DNA of 61,488 nucleotides, the filler included, from Basidiobolus meristosporus CBS 931.73 (taxonomy: Eukaryota > Fungi > Basidiobolomycota), in assembly GCA_002104905.1 (NCBI GenBank). It is 3 parts of 3 records of this genome, joined end to end, with 100 filler letters (N's around TTAATTAATTAA, not from the genome) between each part and the next. Parts side by side here need not be neighbours in the genome. Positions count along the whole stretch, not along the records: positions 49,364 to 61,488 come from MCFE01001255.1; 2 more parts are not named here. One strand, 5' to 3'. Of this stretch, positions 59,012 through 61,488 are shown piece after piece. The stretch's first letter is position 1; each line of letters opens with the position of its first letter. The translations under genes were made by a program, and so were the position numbers. The notes below the pieces were generated by a model. It did no database searches. It was not told the origin of the DNA and worked only from the letters and a program-made list of their open reading frames with translations.

Positions 59012-61488
59012 TGTTGCAAAAATTTGTATTTCTACCTAAATATTCACCTAACTTAGTCACTTAGATCATTACCTTCAAATCCTAGAAAATACTGACCAAA
59101 TTCCTTGTTGGGATTTACTTAGAATATTTTCACCAAAATACCAGGTACCCAGAACATGAAAATTCTCAAAGTTGTCCAAACAGCCCCAAACTTTGCACAT
59201 ATGTTCTTGGGACCTTCCTTAACCTATTCTACATGTTTGCAATGCCAAGACCAGGTAAAAGTATAAATACTACTTTTGCAATCAATAAATCATTAAGTGA
59301 AAACCACATAATCTACTTGTTCTCCCAATCACTTCCAATATCTCCAAGACTCTTACAACAGGTTATGGGCCCCAAGCTGTCACTCTCTGCAATGTCTACT
59401 ACTGGTATTACTGGAATTTTTCCCTCTGCTGAAAAGTTGGATGGATCTAACTACCAAGTGTGGAAGGTGAAGATGAAGATGCTGCTACAAGAAAGAGGCC
59501 TTTGGGATATTGTCATGGGAGAAGAATGCCCTCCTAAAAACGTGGGAGAGGAAGCCTTAAAGTACCAGAAGAAAGAACAAAGTGCCTTTAACTGCATTTG
59601 CCTTAATGTCAAGGACAAATTACTAATTCAATGCTCAAGAGCAAAAACGGCAAAGAATGCCTGGAAAGCATTAGCGGACACCCACCAGTCATGTTCAGCT
59701 GCTAAGAAAATGTATCTGAGACGAAAATTCTTTACTACAAAGATGCTGCCAGGAGAAGAAATGAAAAATCTAATTAACAGAATTACCTGCTGGTAGATGA
59801 GATGGAATCTGTGGGCATACCAACTACTGATGAGGATGTTATAGTTACCATCCTGAATAGCCTGACAGACAAGTTTCAGGGCCTTGTATCAGCCCTAGAG
59901 TCCAGAACTGAAGATTTGACCTTAAATTACGTATATGGAAGGCTCCTGGATGAAGAATTAAGAAAATCAAGCGCCAATAAGAAGGAAGAAGAAAATGCTT
60001 TAATAAGCAATGATAACCAACAAAGGAGGTACCCAAGACCCTACAAAGGCAACAGCAACCTATTTTGCAACTACTGCAAAAGGAAAGGACACACATCAGA
60101 CCGGTGTTCAAAAAGAGAGATTATCAGCAAAAGAAGCCTGAATATGGAAATGCTGCAACAACTGAAGATAGACTATTCATATCTGCACTAAATATGACCA
60201 CAAACAAGGATTCTCAGACGTGGTATATTGACTCTGGAGCTTCTCAACACTTTACACACCAAAAAGAACTTTTTACCCAATATCAAGAAATTCCAATTAA
60301 CGAAGGTTTTCATGGGTGACTAATAGAACACTTGATGCAGTGGGAGAAGGAACTATCCAAGTAAACATTAGAAGCAGTGAAGGAAGCCATACACTGACCT
60401 TTAAAGAAGTACTCTATGTACCAGAAATAGCCAAGAACCTACTCTCTGTAAGCAAGGCCACAGCAGAAGGACTCAGTTTCAGTTTTGACAATTCTGGATG
60501 CAGGATCACTGATCAAAATGGTGCCCATATTGCTTTGGCATCAGAGATCAGAATCTATACAAGTTGACTTATATTCCATCATATCTGGAAGCCAATATAA
60601 GTACTTAAATGAAGAAACACCAATGCTTTGGCACAGGAGATTTGGGCACATCAATTTTGATTATTTGCGCAAAATGATCAAAGATCAGCTAATTTCTGGA
60701 GTAAAAATTGATCCCCCAGCTAATTTGGAGCACTGTGAAGCCTGCATATATGGGAAACAAGCCAGACAACCGTTCAAGAGCTCTGGGTTAATCAAAACTA
60801 AGAAAAAATTAGATCTAATTCACTCAGATCTGTGTGGACCTATGCAAAATTTATCCTTAGGCAGGATGAAGTATTTAATCACTTTATTGATGATTATACA
60901 AGATATACATGGGTCTACTTCATGGAGAGAAAGGAAGAAGCTCTGTCTAAGTTCAGGAGTTAAAGCATGGTGGAGAGAGAAACTGGTGAAAAAATCAAGA
61001 AAATACGCTCTGACAATGGTGGAGAATATACCTCAAAACTCTTCATCCACTTCTGCAAAATTCATGGGGATAAAGCAAGAGACTACTGTACCATACTCCC
61101 CACAGCAAAATGGAGTAGCAGAACGAGCTAACAGATCAATAATTGATATGGCAAGATCTATGATCCATGATCAAAAATTATCCTATGATTTTTGGGCGGA
61201 ATCAGTTGCCACTGCTGTATATCTTAAAAATAGGAGTTATAACAGAATACTTTGTGATTCTACTCCATTTGAAGCATGGCATGGATACAGACCAAGTGCA
61301 GAACATCTAAGAATATTTGGGTGTACAGCATATGCTAAAAAAACTGGCCGGAAATCAGTCAAAATTTGAGCCAAAAAGTGTAAAAATGCATATTTTTGGG
61401 CTACTGTAATGAGAGTAAGGCATACAGACTCTACAATACCAAAGCAAAGAAGCTTATCAAGTCCAGGGATGTGTTGTTTGATGAAAAT
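59012..61488 (+). mobile_element. Copia A6 (5' LTR 59012-59360, gag to integrase), running off the window end
   Basis: 349-bp LTR and PBS GGTTATGGGCCC. Very close to A2 but with 10 or more single-base indels. Confidence 0.93.

Noticed and set aside
59780-61390. Programmed frameshifting in A6
   Set aside because: There are too many scattered indels of both signs, and sister copy A2 encodes a single open frame.

Overview
Eukaryotic, gene-free window made almost entirely of nested transposons, with two 100-bp scaffold gaps. It looks heterochromatin-like and probably fungal (both inferences). I found no host gene, RNA gene or CRISPR array. Five element groups explain nearly all of it. (1) A Ty1/copia family 'A' with 349-bp LTRs (13 LTR copies), a Ty5/copia-type half-tRNA(iMet) primer site and 5-bp TSDs. 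It includes an open-frame element at 31482-36132 and a young copy at 25384-29450 with an in-frame 618-bp deletion of the zinc knuckle and protease. (2) An older copia family with LTR-C, plus solo LTRs of two other families (LTR-B about 1.07 kb with a 4-bp TSD; LTR-D). (3) A Ty3/gypsy element on the minus strand, split by nested insertions. (4) Several decayed CACTA/EnSpm-like elements with CCC(T/A)ATGAAAAATAA termini, a Tnp2-type transposase and a divergently transcribed second gene of unknown function. (5) A PIF/Harbinger-supergroup family with AGACTTGTTC termini and 3-bp TSDs. It includes a complete 3.6-kb two-gene copy and a 734-bp foldback MITE whose inner 100-bp arms are perfectly complementary while the outer arms are about 88% identical. 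CpG-to-TpG/CpA decay is pervasive. All alignments and counts were done by eye, and coordinates of degraded copies are approximate.
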